From contig CAWGNA010000008.1 in the NCBI GenBank assembly GCA_963823855.1, positions 466,444 through 530,443 of the forward strand: 64,000 bases of DNA, given 5' to 3'. The notes under the pieces were generated by a model. It did not search any database and was not told the DNA's origin. It saw only the letters and a list, made by a program, of their open reading frames with translations. This stretch comes from an uncultured Acidimicrobiaceae bacterium (GTDB taxonomy: Bacteria > Actinomycetota > Acidimicrobiia > Acidimicrobiales > Palsa-688). The position numbers and the translations under genes are program-made. Shown piece by piece: positions 10,167-19,519 of this stretch. How positions within the stretch are numbered: the first letter of the stretch is position 1; each line of letters opens with the position of its first letter.

Positions 10167-10330
10167 TCAGGCTCGGTCGTGGATCGTGAGTGCATACCCG
10201 TCGGGGTCTAGGAAGGTGAACATTCGGCCGAACGGACCATCCGCCGGCGATGTCAAGATCCTGACATCGACGACTCCAAAACGCAAGCGCGGAGGTGCGC
10301 TCCCGTGGAAAAACAGATGCTCACCTCGTT
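10167..10330 (-). pseudogene. C-terminal fragment of a VOC/glyoxalase family gene
   Basis: The minus-strand frame reads GEHLFFHGSAPPRLRFGVVDVRILTSPADGPFGRMFTFLDPDGYALTIHDRA*. The upstream part lies in another frame with no convincing intact ORF. Confidence 0.35.
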
Positions 10331-10539
10331 CTCCCCTACCCAGGGGCGCCGCCTGTGCCGAGACCTCACCGCTTGCATCGCCGCACTCTCACCCCCGCCT
10401 CCTGGAGCAAGCTTGCGCTAAGAGCTCGCCGAGACCGTGAGCCCGTTCGCGATCAACCGAAATGAGCTCGCTCTCCGAGAGCCCATTGGCGCTGACCACC
10501 AGGTCGAGTTCCATATGGCCTGCCTGAACGGCACCTTGG

Positions 10540-11667
10540 CTACGGGTGGATGCCGAAGGGCCCGAGATTCCCGGAGTCAATGCGCAACGATTCAGTCAGC
10601 GTGTAGGCGTTTGTTTGGGTGTACACGTCGGCCCCGCCCAGACGGTCAACCCAGTTGGGTGTGACGGCGTCCGCAGCTTGCGACGCGACACCGTCAAGGT
10701 ACCCTTGGAAAATCGCCCATGGGTTGGCCGGGTCAACGGTGGCGTAAACGCTGTCGACGTTGAATGTGGCGATCGCGTTAGCAGCTGCAGCCCTGAGTTC
10801 ACCGACGTATTCCTGCTGGATCATCACATCGTCTCGGGTCCCGAGACGAGTGAGATGGCCCCCAACAAGGGTCTCGAACGGGTAGTTCAACGCTTTGGCG
10901 GGTGCCTCGATCCAGCCAAGAATGTCTTGAGACTCTGCAAGGTAAGCAAACGGCACCCAGCCAGGGAACACGATGTCTACGAGCATCAGGACCCGTTGGG
11001 ACGGCAAGTACACAAAGGTATTGCCGGGCGAGTGGTTCGCCCCGTGATAGGCAAGGTCGAGCGTGTCGTCCCCGACCTTGAGTTTCATCGAGTCGACAAA
11101 CGTAGTCTTCGGTACAGGCCGGTTCGGGTCGTTATCGCGCTCGAGTAAGCCTGCGACTTCCTCTTGCGCGTAAAGCGCTGCCCCCTCGTACAGCACCATG
11201 GCGCCTGTGTGGTCGGCGTGGTGATGGCTGTAGATCGCGTGCGTGACTCCCGAGTTCGTCACCCCCTTGATCGCCCGAAGGATGTTGTTGCCAATTGTCG
11301 GGGGTGCATCGACCGCGACCACGCCTTCGCCGGTCACCAGAAAGATCATCTGATAGAGACCGTCAGTCAGCCAGAACACTCGATCCTCGATTTCTTCGAC
11401 GAGATAGCCCGACTTCGGAATCGCGGGGCCTTTTGCTGGTGGTGGCACCGGGGCAGTCGCGGCCAGACCGTCCAGCCCTTTGACGCTGTTCACACGCAGT
11501 GCGGCCGAGGCTGGGAGCGGTCTGAGAAACGAAGCGGCGGGTACTGTCACGGCCGCAATGCCCGCTGAGACGAGGATGCTCCGACGGGAGATCTGTGGCG
11601 CTTCCTCTTGTCCAATGATGTCTTGCCTTGAGTTGTGCATTGATCTATCCCCTTGATCTCTGGTCAT
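10540..11667 (-). CDS. Secreted MBL-fold metallo-hydrolase with a Tat-type signal (start 11667 or 11640)
   Basis: 375-aa ORF. Twin-arginine signal (SRRSILVSAGIAAVTVPAASFLRPLPASA) and metallo-beta-lactamase motif (YSHHHADHTG). Confidence 0.85.
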   Translation of the reverse strand: MTRDQGDRSMHNSRQDIIGQEEAPQISRRSILVSAGIAAVTVPAASFLRPLPASAALRVNSVKGLDGLAATAPVPPPAKGPAIPKSGYLVEEIEDRVFWLTDGLYQMIFLVTGEGVVAVDAPPTIGNNILRAIKGVTNSGVTHAIYSHHHADHTGAMVLYEGAALYAQEEVAGLLERDNDPNRPVPKTTFVDSMKLKVGDDTLDLAYHGANHSPGNTFVYLPSQRVLMLVDIVFPGWVPFAYLAESQDILGWIEAPAKALNYPFETLVGGHLTRLGTRDDVMIQQEYVGELRAAAANAIATFNVDSVYATVDPANPWAIFQGYLDGVASQAADAVTPNWVDRLGGADVYTQTNAYTLTESLRIDSGNLGPFGIHP

Positions 11668-11774
11668 CTGTTTCAGAAGGACGGAACCGAGGCGGCGACC
11701 TCGGTAACGGCCAGATACTTGCTTGCGCAGACAGTTTACATACAGTTGACTGCGCAGTCAACTACATTTGGGAT

Positions 11775-12269
11775 GTGGCTCAGAAACTCACCGAACCCCT
11801 CAAGAGAAAGGAAGAGCGCGTGTGGAGAGACCTGGCTCGGTTCTTCGTCGTCGCGCCGCGTCTCCTCGACGAGGATCTCCAACGTGGCGCCAACATCTCC
11901 CTCAGTGACTACACCGTGCTCATGAACCTCTCGGAAGCTCCGACCGGCCGGCTTCGCCTCTCCGAACTGGCCGATCGCGCCTATCTCTCAGGAAGCCGGA
12001 TGACGCGGCTGGTCGAGCAACTGGCATCTGATCAGCTCGTCCTCAAGAGCCGAAGCGAGGACGACGGACGGGGCATTGATGTCAGCATCACCGACGCGGG
12101 CCTGTCACGCCTACGCGAGGCGTACCCCATCCACCTCTCGAGTGTTCGTAACCGAATCATGAACCATGTCGGTACACAGGTCTTGGGATGCCTCGGGACG
12201 GCAATGGCGTCGATAGTCGTAGGTCTTCAGCCCGATGAGCGTGACGTGGCCGGGAAAGGAGCGCGATGA
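11775..12269 (+). CDS. MarR family transcriptional regulator (GTG start proposed at 11775)
   Basis: Winged-helix core LSDYTVLMNLSEAPTGRLRLSELADRAYLSGSRMTRLVEQLASDQLVLKSRSEDDGRGIDVSITDAGL. The ORF track start (11628) overlaps the divergent MBL gene, so it was trimmed. Confidence 0.8.
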   Translation: MAQKLTEPLKRKEERVWRDLARFFVVAPRLLDEDLQRGANISLSDYTVLMNLSEAPTGRLRLSELADRAYLSGSRMTRLVEQLASDQLVLKSRSEDDGRGIDVSITDAGLSRLREAYPIHLSSVRNRIMNHVGTQVLGCLGTAMASIVVGLQPDERDVAGKGAR

Positions 12270-12367
12270 CGGATGCCTTTGTGCTCGGTGGGTACGCGCT
12301 CCGGCCCGCAAGTGCGGAGGGTCGCGTTGACCCGGTCCCCGCTACCGGACGCGCAAACGGTAAATGG

Positions 12368-13090
12368 TCATCGAAGGATAAGTCCGCCGTCCGCGCAGAG
12401 AATTTGCCCCGTCATCGCCGCCCCGCCGTCGGACGCTAGGTAGGCGACCGCTGACGCCGTGTCTTCGGGCGTAAGGCGACGCTTGAGCGCCTGATGTTCG
12501 ACCACGGCGTCGAAGTTGGAGCCCGAGTTCACGGTGCGCGAGGCGGGCGTGTCGGTGAGGCCCGGAGCTACTGCCGAGACCGCGATCCCGTCCCGCCCGA
12601 GCGCGACCGCGAGCGTGCGCATGACGCCGATGAGCGCTCCCTTGCTGGCCACGTACGGCAGCATCGCCGGGCCTGGCGGTGACCACACCGTGTCCGAGGT
12701 GACGAAGATGATCCGTCCGAAGCCCCGCTCTGCCATGCCGGGCACGAACGACTGGGCCAGCCAGAGCGCGGACTCGACGTTGACCGCGAGCACGTGCCGC
12801 CACGTCGCCGAATCAAGCTCGCCGAGCGACGCTTGGTCGAAGGCGGCCGCGGAATGGACGAACACGTCGCAGCGGCCGTACTGCTCCAGCACGGCCGCGG
12901 CCGCCTCCCGGGTGGACGACTCCGACCCGAGGTCGCACGCGATGGCCCCGGTCCGGTCGATCACTACGGCGCGATGTCCGGACTCTTCGAGCGACCGGCA
13001 AATCGCGGCGCCGATCGCCCCGGCTCCCCCGGTTACGACGGCGACGCGTCGGGGATATGGTGTGTCGTGCTCAGACAGCGGGCCCACCAC
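12368..13090 (-). CDS. Short-chain dehydrogenase/reductase (FabG-like)
   Basis: 240-aa ORF with TGGAGAIG cofactor motif, NVES, YVASKGAL catalytic motif and PGLTDTP. Confidence 0.9.
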   Translation of the reverse strand: MVGPLSEHDTPYPRRVAVVTGGAGAIGAAICRSLEESGHRAVVIDRTGAIACDLGSESSTREAAAAVLEQYGRCDVFVHSAAAFDQASLGELDSATWRHVLAVNVESALWLAQSFVPGMAERGFGRIIFVTSDTVWSPPGPAMLPYVASKGALIGVMRTLAVALGRDGIAVSAVAPGLTDTPASRTVNSGSNFDAVVEHQALKRRLTPEDTASAVAYLASDGGAAMTGQILCADGGLILR

Positions 13091-13138
13091 CCTGCAACAC
13101 CCCCTCCACTTCGAGGTTGAGGGTGTCGAATTATCTGT

Positions 13139-13912
13139 TCATCCTTTGATGGCACGACGGTCCTGCTTTCTGTGCACGTCGTCCGACCGTGCTTTTGTGC
13201 CGGCGGCGGGCGACGGCGGGCCGGGCGCTTCGTACGCCGTCGAGAACAGGTAGCTCGTGGCCACAGTGCGGTACGGCCGCCATTTCTCGGCGATGGCCAA
13301 CACCTCGGCCTGGCTGGGGAGGTGGTCTAGCTCGTAGGCACGCTGGACGGCCTTTCGCAATGCCAGGTCACCGGGGAGGACCACGTCTTCTCGTCCGAAC
13401 GCGAGGACCAGTGCACCTTGAGCGGTCCATGGGCCGATACCGGGGACGGTCGTCAATGCGGCGATGACCTCGTCGTCGGGCCGCTGGCTCAAGCTGTCGG
13501 GGTCCAACCGGCCGTCGGCAAGGCGCTCGGCCAGGTCGCGTAGGGTGGCAACTTTTCGCCACGACAGGCCAGCCTGGCGGAGGTTGTCTGGTGGCACCTC
13601 GAGCAGCTCGGCCGGCGACGGGAGGCGGCCACCGAACAGCACCTCGATGCGCCCCAGGGTGCGGCGGGTGGCGGCTACGGACAACTGTTGGCCCGCCACC
13701 TGGAACAGCAGGGCCCCGAACAGGTCCATGGCCGGGAGCTCGGCCACCCACCCTTGGGGGTCGAAGTCCGACTGGGCGTCAATGAGGCGCGCCAGCACCG
13801 GGTCGGCCTGGCGGAGCTGGGCGCGCACCCGGTCGAGCGGCGCCCCCCGCTCCGGCTCGGCCGAGCCCGGTGGCCGTCCGGCCGGTGGCGGGCCGGCTCG
13901 CTCAGGCGCCAT
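13139..13912 (-). CDS. HhH-GPD DNA glycosylase (3-methyladenine glycosylase II-like)
   Basis: 257-aa ORF with QQLSVAATRRTLGRI, LRQAGLSWRKVATLRDLA and LTTVPGIGPWTAQGALVLAFGREDVVLPGDLALRKA. Confidence 0.85.
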   Translation of the reverse strand: MAPERAGPPPAGRPPGSAEPERGAPLDRVRAQLRQADPVLARLIDAQSDFDPQGWVAELPAMDLFGALLFQVAGQQLSVAATRRTLGRIEVLFGGRLPSPAELLEVPPDNLRQAGLSWRKVATLRDLAERLADGRLDPDSLSQRPDDEVIAALTTVPGIGPWTAQGALVLAFGREDVVLPGDLALRKAVQRAYELDHLPSQAEVLAIAEKWRPYRTVATSYLFSTAYEAPGPPSPAAGTKARSDDVHRKQDRRAIKG

Positions 13913-14608
13913 ATGCGGGGATGACCGCTCCGCTAATGGGCGCGGCCGCCTCGCTTACCAAGAAGGCGACCACTTCGGCGATCGCCTCGGGGGCGACGGC
14001 GTGGGCCAGTACCTCTTTCGGCAATGAGGCCCGTGCCCAGGCGGTGTCGAGCAACTGGGGGGCGACGCTGTTGACCCGGATCCCGAGGGGCCGCAGCTCG
14101 AGGTCGAGGATGCGGGTCAAGTGGACGAGGGCGGCCTTGCTCACCGAGTACGCCGCCATGCCGGCCGAGGGCTCGATCCCGGGGCGGGCGGCGATGTGCA
14201 CGATGGCGCCTGAGCCGTTGCTCTGCATGTACGGCGCCACGGCCTGGCTAAGCCACAGGGCGGGGCCGAGGTTGACGTCGACCATCAGGTGCAACAGCTC
14301 CGGTGTGGTCGTCAACACGTCCCCGGTTTGGAACGCACCGATGGTGTTGACCAGGGCGTCGGGAGGGCCACGTCGCGGGCCACCCGTTCGACCATTGAAG
14401 CGGTAGCCTTCGGGTCGGTGGCATCGGCCAGTTGGCGGGCCATGCCGTCGGGGAGCTGTCCCAAGCCCGCCCCGTCCCGGTCGACCGCCACCACGGTGAA
14501 GCCGCGCTCGGCCAGCTTGACGGCCGTGGCCCGGCCGAGCTCGCCCGCGGCGCCGACCACGATCGCTACACGGCCCGGCGGGAGCCTGTCGTTGGTCATG
14601 CTGTGCAC
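13902..14608 (-). pseudogene. Short-chain dehydrogenase/reductase interrupted by one frameshift (~14358)
   Basis: N-terminal part in ORF 14312..14608 (VAIVVGAAGELGRATAVKLAERGFTVVAVDRD). C-terminal part in ORF 13902.. (DALVNTIGAF...YSVSKAALVHLTRILDLELRPLGIRVNSVAPQ). The join needs +1 nt in a GG/CC run. Confidence 0.75.
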
Positions 14609-14611
14609 CTT

Positions 14612-14701
14612 CCTTTCTCAGACCATTGGCCTTTCTCGGCCCATTGGCCCTTCTCAGTCCATTGGCCTTTCTCAGGCCATTGGCCTTTCTCAGCCCGCTG
14701 G
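14612..14701. repeat. 18-bp tandem repeat x5 in the divergent SDR/MarR intergenic region
   Basis: Units cctttctcag[a/g/t][c]ccattgg read head to tail. Each carries the dyad CCA-T-TGG, extended to GGCCA-T-TGGCC in unit 4. Confidence 0.9.
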
Positions 14702-14790
14702 GCCAGGTGCCCATCGAGACGGAGGGTGGTGGCGGTGGGCCGCGTCAACGGCCCAGGTATTGCTTGGTGAAGCAAGTTAGCCTAGCGGGC

Positions 14791-15273
14791 ATGGCCACCG
14801 GCACGCCGCTCTCCCCGGTCGAGGAAACGCTCTGGCGCGCAGTTATGCGAATCGTCAAAGTCATGCCCCGACATCTCGACAGCGACCTGACGAGAGGGGC
14901 TGGCCTGACGGCGAGCGAGTACACGACGATCATGGTCCTTTCTGAGGCCCCCAATCGCGAGTTGCGGATGGCGGACCTGGCCAACGCCACCGACTTGTCG
15001 GCGAGCCGGGTGACCCGCCTGGTGGACGACCTCCAGTCGCGTGGCCTCGTGACGAAGACGACCAGCTCGTCGGACGCACGGGGCAACGTTGCGAGGCTCA
15101 CTCCTCGGGGCATGGCCAAACTGAAGTCCGCATGGCCGGTCCACCTGGCCAGCGTCCGGCACCGCTTCCTCGACAGCATCGACCCAGGGGCCGTTGAGGG
15201 AGTGGCAAAAGCCTTGGCCGAGGTGGCCGTCCACCTCGACGACACGTCTGCCGAACCCCGAGGGCGGAGTTAG
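14791..15273 (+). CDS. MarR family transcriptional regulator (paralog of 11775..12269)
   Basis: ATG at 14791. Core sequence LTASEYTTIMVLSEAPNRELRMADLANATDLSASRVTRLVDDLQSRGLVTKTTSSSDARGNVARLTPRG. Confidence 0.85.
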   Translation: MATGTPLSPVEETLWRAVMRIVKVMPRHLDSDLTRGAGLTASEYTTIMVLSEAPNRELRMADLANATDLSASRVTRLVDDLQSRGLVTKTTSSSDARGNVARLTPRGMAKLKSAWPVHLASVRHRFLDSIDPGAVEGVAKALAEVAVHLDDTSAEPRGRS

Positions 15274-15372
15274 GGCCTCCAGTCCCATACAAACTCTACA
15301 TGTAATTGAATTTTTTTGGGGTCGAAACGCACGAGCTCGCCAGCCCGGTGCCCGATAGGTGAGGAGCACGTC

Positions 15373-15912
15373 ATGACATCACCCGCCGCCACCGCAGGTC
15401 CCGTTCTGTCCGACTACGTGCCCGTCCCTCCGTCGTCACTGGGCCCGCCCCTGAACGAGCAGGGTTACTACGTCGGGCGAGTTGAGCGGAACCTGTTCTG
15501 GGTCACCGACGGTACCTACCAGTCGGCGTTTTTGGCGACACGAGAAGGGATTGTGCTCTTCGACGCTCCGCCGACCATCGGCCACAATCTCCGCCGTGCG
15601 GTGGACGAAATCGCCGAGGCTGAAGGCGTCCGCAACACCGTCACGCATCTCGTTTACTCCCATCACCATGCCGATCACGCCGGTGCTGCCGACCTTTTCG
15701 GCAACGACCTCGTCCGGATTGGCCACGAGGACACACGACGCCTCCTCGAGCGCGACAACGATCCGACCAGGCCTGCCCCAGAGATAACTTCCGGGACACC
15801 TACACCCTGAGGGTCGGCGGCGAACGTGTGGAGTTGGCCTTTCACGGTCCCAACCACACCCCAGACAACATCTTCATCCACTTTCCGGACCACGACGTGC
15901 TGATGCTGATCC
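15373..15912 (+). pseudogene. MBL-fold metallo-hydrolase paralog, frameshifted (~15790) and 3'-truncated (~15912)
   Basis: Aligns by eye to 10540..11667 (WVTDGTYQ.., YSHHHADHAG, ERDNDPTRPAPEI). It continues in another frame (TFRDTYTLRVGGERVELAFHGPNHTPDNIFIHFPDHDVLMLI), then homology stops. It has no signal peptide. GAGGAG RBS before the ATG at 15373. Confidence 0.75.
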
Positions 15913-16342
15913 GCACGCACCCCTACCCACCGGCCACCTGCGCCAGGCCTTCGTGTCGCGGTCGAGCCCGTAGGCTGAGACGGCCCTTACGATCTCGCGC
16001 CAAGTAAACCCCTTACAAACTTCGGGGGCGCACGAAGGCTTACTCAGCAGTGTCTTCCCGGGAATGAGCACGCGAAAGAGGGTTCTCCTTAGTACGGTTT
16101 TCAACGGGCTGAGCCTCCCGACTCAGGTCAGCGTTTGGCCCACCCTGCCGGCGGCGTAACCTCACCCAACGACCACTTCAGGGCCGAACTTCTTTTCTCG
16201 ACCGTTGCCTGCGGCTCGGCCCTCACGCTTGCTGCGAAGCCTGCAACTCCTGAGTGTCAACTCCTGGGCGCTTCGCGGACGAATCGCGCACGCCCGCTAA
16301 GCAATCCTAATCCCCGCCATGCAGTTATTGCCACCTGAACTG

Positions 16343-16389
16343 CGTTTATTAACGGTGGAGGTGATGGGACTTGTACCCACGACTTCTAC
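16343..16389 (-). repeat. Partial copy of the tRNA-Ala 3' half (att-like direct repeat)
   Basis: 46 of 47 nt are identical to 24419..24465 in the same orientation. The single mismatch falls in the T-loop (TTC to TAC). Confidence 0.9.
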
Positions 16390-16920
16390 GATGCGAACGT
16401 GCGTAGCCGCCTAACGATGAAGAGCGCAGATGCTTATTTCGGCACGTCAGCTTGCGTTTTTGATTGACCGCTTATGACAGGCCGAGACCGTAAATGCACT
16501 CCGTTGTGGTGCAGGTGTGGTAGAGGCTCGGGTTGGGCCAACGTCGCCGTGCGGCGGGCGCGCAGTGATGGGGGTTGCGTTGTGGAGGCGACAAGCTCCT
16601 TGGCGGTCGCTTTGGTGCTCGGGTTGCCAATCTCGCCGTTGCAGCGAGCAACCGCTTCGCTAGCGGGCCGGACCGACAAGGCTGGTCTACCAAGGCCTCT
16701 CCCTGGACGGCGCCCCCAGCTGCCGGTATGCTACGGGTGGCGCGTTACGCCTGGTGTTACAAGCGATATTAGCGAGGACCGACCGTCCGATAACTGTCGA
16801 TCGGGGTGCGGCGCGAACTTGCAGTTGTGGGTTCTGCGTAGCAGTTCTGGGCGTTCCCGAACGATCAGGCTCTTATCCCAGACCAGAGTGGGGATGCCAG
16901 CGAGCATCGGGTCTGGCGGA

Positions 16921-17882
16921 TCATCTAGCGGAGGCGGGCGCTGAGCTGAACGCGCCGAGCGCCTCGACGATCGAGCTGGGCGAGCAGTCTTTCACCTTCA
17001 CCGACGCGTTGAGCCTCCCGTGCGGGAGTTGCGTGACTGCGGCGACAGCTGTTGCAGACAGTGTTCCGTCCGGTCCAGCGTTGCCGACGGCGAAGATTGG
17101 GCTGCCGGCCTGGAGCTGGCCCGGGTTGGCGTCGGGAACTATGACGAGGGTGGCGGGTGAGGTGGTTACCGGAACCCGGGCTCCGCTGGACGTCACGAGG
17201 CTGAAGCCGGCGGTGCTCACGTCCGACACGGTTCCCTGGACGGGGACGAAGCCGCTTGGGTTTACTGCGCTGAACGGCTGTCCGACGGTGACGATGGCCG
17301 CGTCGATCGTTCCGTTGGAGCTGTAGCCCCGGACCATGACTGACGCCCCGTCGGTGATGTAGCCCAGCAGGGCCCGGACGCGCTCACGAAGGTCGATGCC
17401 GTCGTGGTCACGGTCACCATTTGGCCGCTGGCGGTCTGGATGACCAGACTGCTGCCGTCCACCTGCTTGAGGGTCCCATCGGCCTGTTCGAGCTGGCTGC
17501 ACCCGCCGACTGAGGTGAGGACCATCCCGCCGTGGCGGCCGGACAGCTGCACGTGCACGGTCCCGGTCAAAATGCCTCCCCCGACGAGCAGGACGAGCGC
17601 TGCTGCCGCGCTGGCGACCACCCAGATGGCACGTTTCCACGGGCGCCCGACGTGCTGAGGGGTGCGCTGCGACCAGAGGGGCTGGGGCGCCTCCGAAGCG
17701 CCGGCTGCCAGACCTCGGACCCCGTCGGCAACAAGGTTCCACCGGCTCGCCTCGCGTTGGCAGTGTTCACAGTTGGCCAGGTGCTCCCTGGCCCGGTCGC
17801 GTACTGGCTGGCCGGCGGCGCCGGCGATCAGGTCGTCGAGGTCCAGGTGCGGGTTGTGAGTGTCGGCAGAGTCCGCGTTCAT
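16921..17882 (-). pseudogene. Anti-sigma factor (zf-HC2 type, one TM helix, extracytoplasmic domain), one frameshift at ~17372
   Basis: N-terminus has the HLANCEHCQREASRW zinc-finger motif and a TM helix (AIWVVASAAAALVLLVGGGIL). The C-terminal half continues in ORF 16921..17742 after a CCC run. ATGA overlap with the upstream sigma factor gene. Confidence 0.7.
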
Positions 17883-18481
17883 AGGTTCTGGTCCTTCTCG
17901 TGAAGTATCTGGTTCAAGGCGGTGCGCGCTGCGGCCAGGCGGCTCTTTACCGTCCCGAGCGGGACGTCCAGCACGTGGGCGACTTCGGGCAGGCTGAGCC
18001 CGGAGCCGAAGGCAAGGCCCAAGACTTCCCGGTGGGCTGGAGCGAGCTCCCGGATCGCACCCCGCACCTCAGCCAGCTCAGCCCGGTCCAGGGCCATGAC
18101 GTCCGGTCCAGGACCTGAGCCCGGCTGTTCAGCCAGCAAAGTGTCATCCACGAGCCGTAGCCGGCGGGCCCGCAGCCGGTCCCGGGTCCTCCGGCGCGCC
18201 ACGGCGATGACCCAGGAACGCACCGACGAGTCGCCACGAAAGGAGCCCGCCCCGCGCCAGACAGCGAGCATCGTGTCCTGCAGGATCTCCTCAGCTATCA
18301 CCCGGTCACCGACCACCAGCAGGACCTGCGCCAAAACAATCCGGCCGTGCTCGCGGTAAAAGCAGGCCATCGCGTCCGCATCGCCTTGCCCGATCCTGCG
18401 CAGCAGCTCAGTATCGTCACAGGCAGGATCGCGGCTGGGGACGGAGGCGGCGGTACCGAGGTCCCGTTCCAGCTCGTTCAC
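17879..18481 (-). CDS. ECF (group 4) sigma-70 family RNA polymerase sigma factor
   Basis: 200-aa ORF with region 2 (EEILQDTMLAVWRGAGSFRGDSSVRSWVIAVARRRTRD) and region 4 HTH (REVLGLAFGSGLSLPEVAHVLDVPLGTVKSRL). Confidence 0.9.
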   Translation of the reverse strand: MNELERDLGTAASVPSRDPACDDTELLRRIGQGDADAMACFYREHGRIVLAQVLLVVGDRVIAEEILQDTMLAVWRGAGSFRGDSSVRSWVIAVARRRTRDRLRARRLRLVDDTLLAEQPGSGPGPDVMALDRAELAEVRGAIRELAPAHREVLGLAFGSGLSLPEVAHVLDVPLGTVKSRLAAARTALNQILHEKDQNL

Positions 18482-18875
18482 CTACGACTCCCCAGATCCA
18501 TTCGCACATCAAGTAAGTAGCAACAAGACGCGGCGCGGATCGTTTCGCTAGCGAAATTTCTCACGAGCCGAGCGCGCCATATTAAGCAGCAATACGTTGC
18601 GGACCTGCCTTCGACTTCGGTTATAGAGCGGACGGCGAGGAGTAAGGCGAGCGCGGTCCCAAGTGCGATGAGCCTTCCGCCTGTGGAGAGCGGAGAGTAA
18701 AGCCACACCGCGGAGAGGGAGAGCGGGTTCACTTGGCACAACAACGCCGTGCCGCTCTCATATGAGTGCAACTACGTGGACTTCGCCGGGGCGTGCCGGT
18801 GCCGCCGGTTCATACCCATCTCACCCGAGGCCCCAGTTGAAACCCCGGTGGTAGAGGGGGCATCATTGGAGGCAG

Positions 18876-19208
18876 ATGGAGCCTCGCTACCACCACACCT
18901 GGAGGGCTCACAAGCCCGTCAACGCCAGCCCCGAGCAGAAGGACCTGGGCTGGAAGGTGGTCAACGCCGCCTCGGTGGCCGTGGCCGCCATCGTGACCCA
19001 GCGCCTGCTCACCATGGCCTGGCGCCTGGTGCGCCACCAGCCCCCTCCGAGCGGACCGGCGGACCGCAAAGCTACCTGGGGCGCCGCCCTCACCTGGGCC
19101 ACCTCCATGGCCGTGGGCATCGCCGTGTCCCGAGTGGTGGCCGTGCGCCTGTCCGGCAAGGTCTGGGAGGCCGCCGTGCACGAGCCGCCCCCAGAAGCGC
19201 CCTCCTAG
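18876..19208 (+). CDS. DUF4235-like small membrane protein
   Basis: 110-aa ORF (LGWKVVNAASVAVAAIVTQRLLTMAWRLV...WGAALTWATSMAVGIAVSRVVAVRLSGKVWE), matching the DUF4235 pattern as I recall it. Start uncertain. Confidence 0.6.
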   Translation: MEPRYHHTWRAHKPVNASPEQKDLGWKVVNAASVAVAAIVTQRLLTMAWRLVRHQPPPSGPADRKATWGAALTWATSMAVGIAVSRVVAVRLSGKVWEAAVHEPPPEAPS

Positions 19209-19519
19209 GCCCGAGGGCCTCTGTGTGCCCCGCAAGGGCTCCTTCCCTAGCATTGCGCAGTGAACACTCCGCTCCCGCCGATAGGAGCCATGTCGGGCCC
19301 GAGGCTGCAGCCGCCGCTGTCATCGGGAGATTCAACGGCAAGACGCGCCGACTTTCAAACCCCCGAGGCATTAACTTCGGCACTTATCTGGCGCCCCAAT
19401 AAAGTTGATCACGTCCTTCGTGATCCAGGCTCAGGCCCCACCGCCTCAAGGCACACAGAACAACGGTCACCGGTGGCTACAGCACCGCGCCAGATTCGGC
19501 TAGGAGTATAAGCACTACC

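Noticed and set aside
9838-10440. 200-aa plus-strand ORF
   Set aside because: It is antisense to the AlkA-like gene and Ser/Arg/Pro-rich with no motifs.
13902-14714. N-terminal ANGLRK-repeat extension of the SDR ORF
   Set aside because: It is the translation of the intergenic 18-bp tandem array. The genuine SDR N-terminus (Rossmann motif) is in ORF 14312..14608, starting at 14608.
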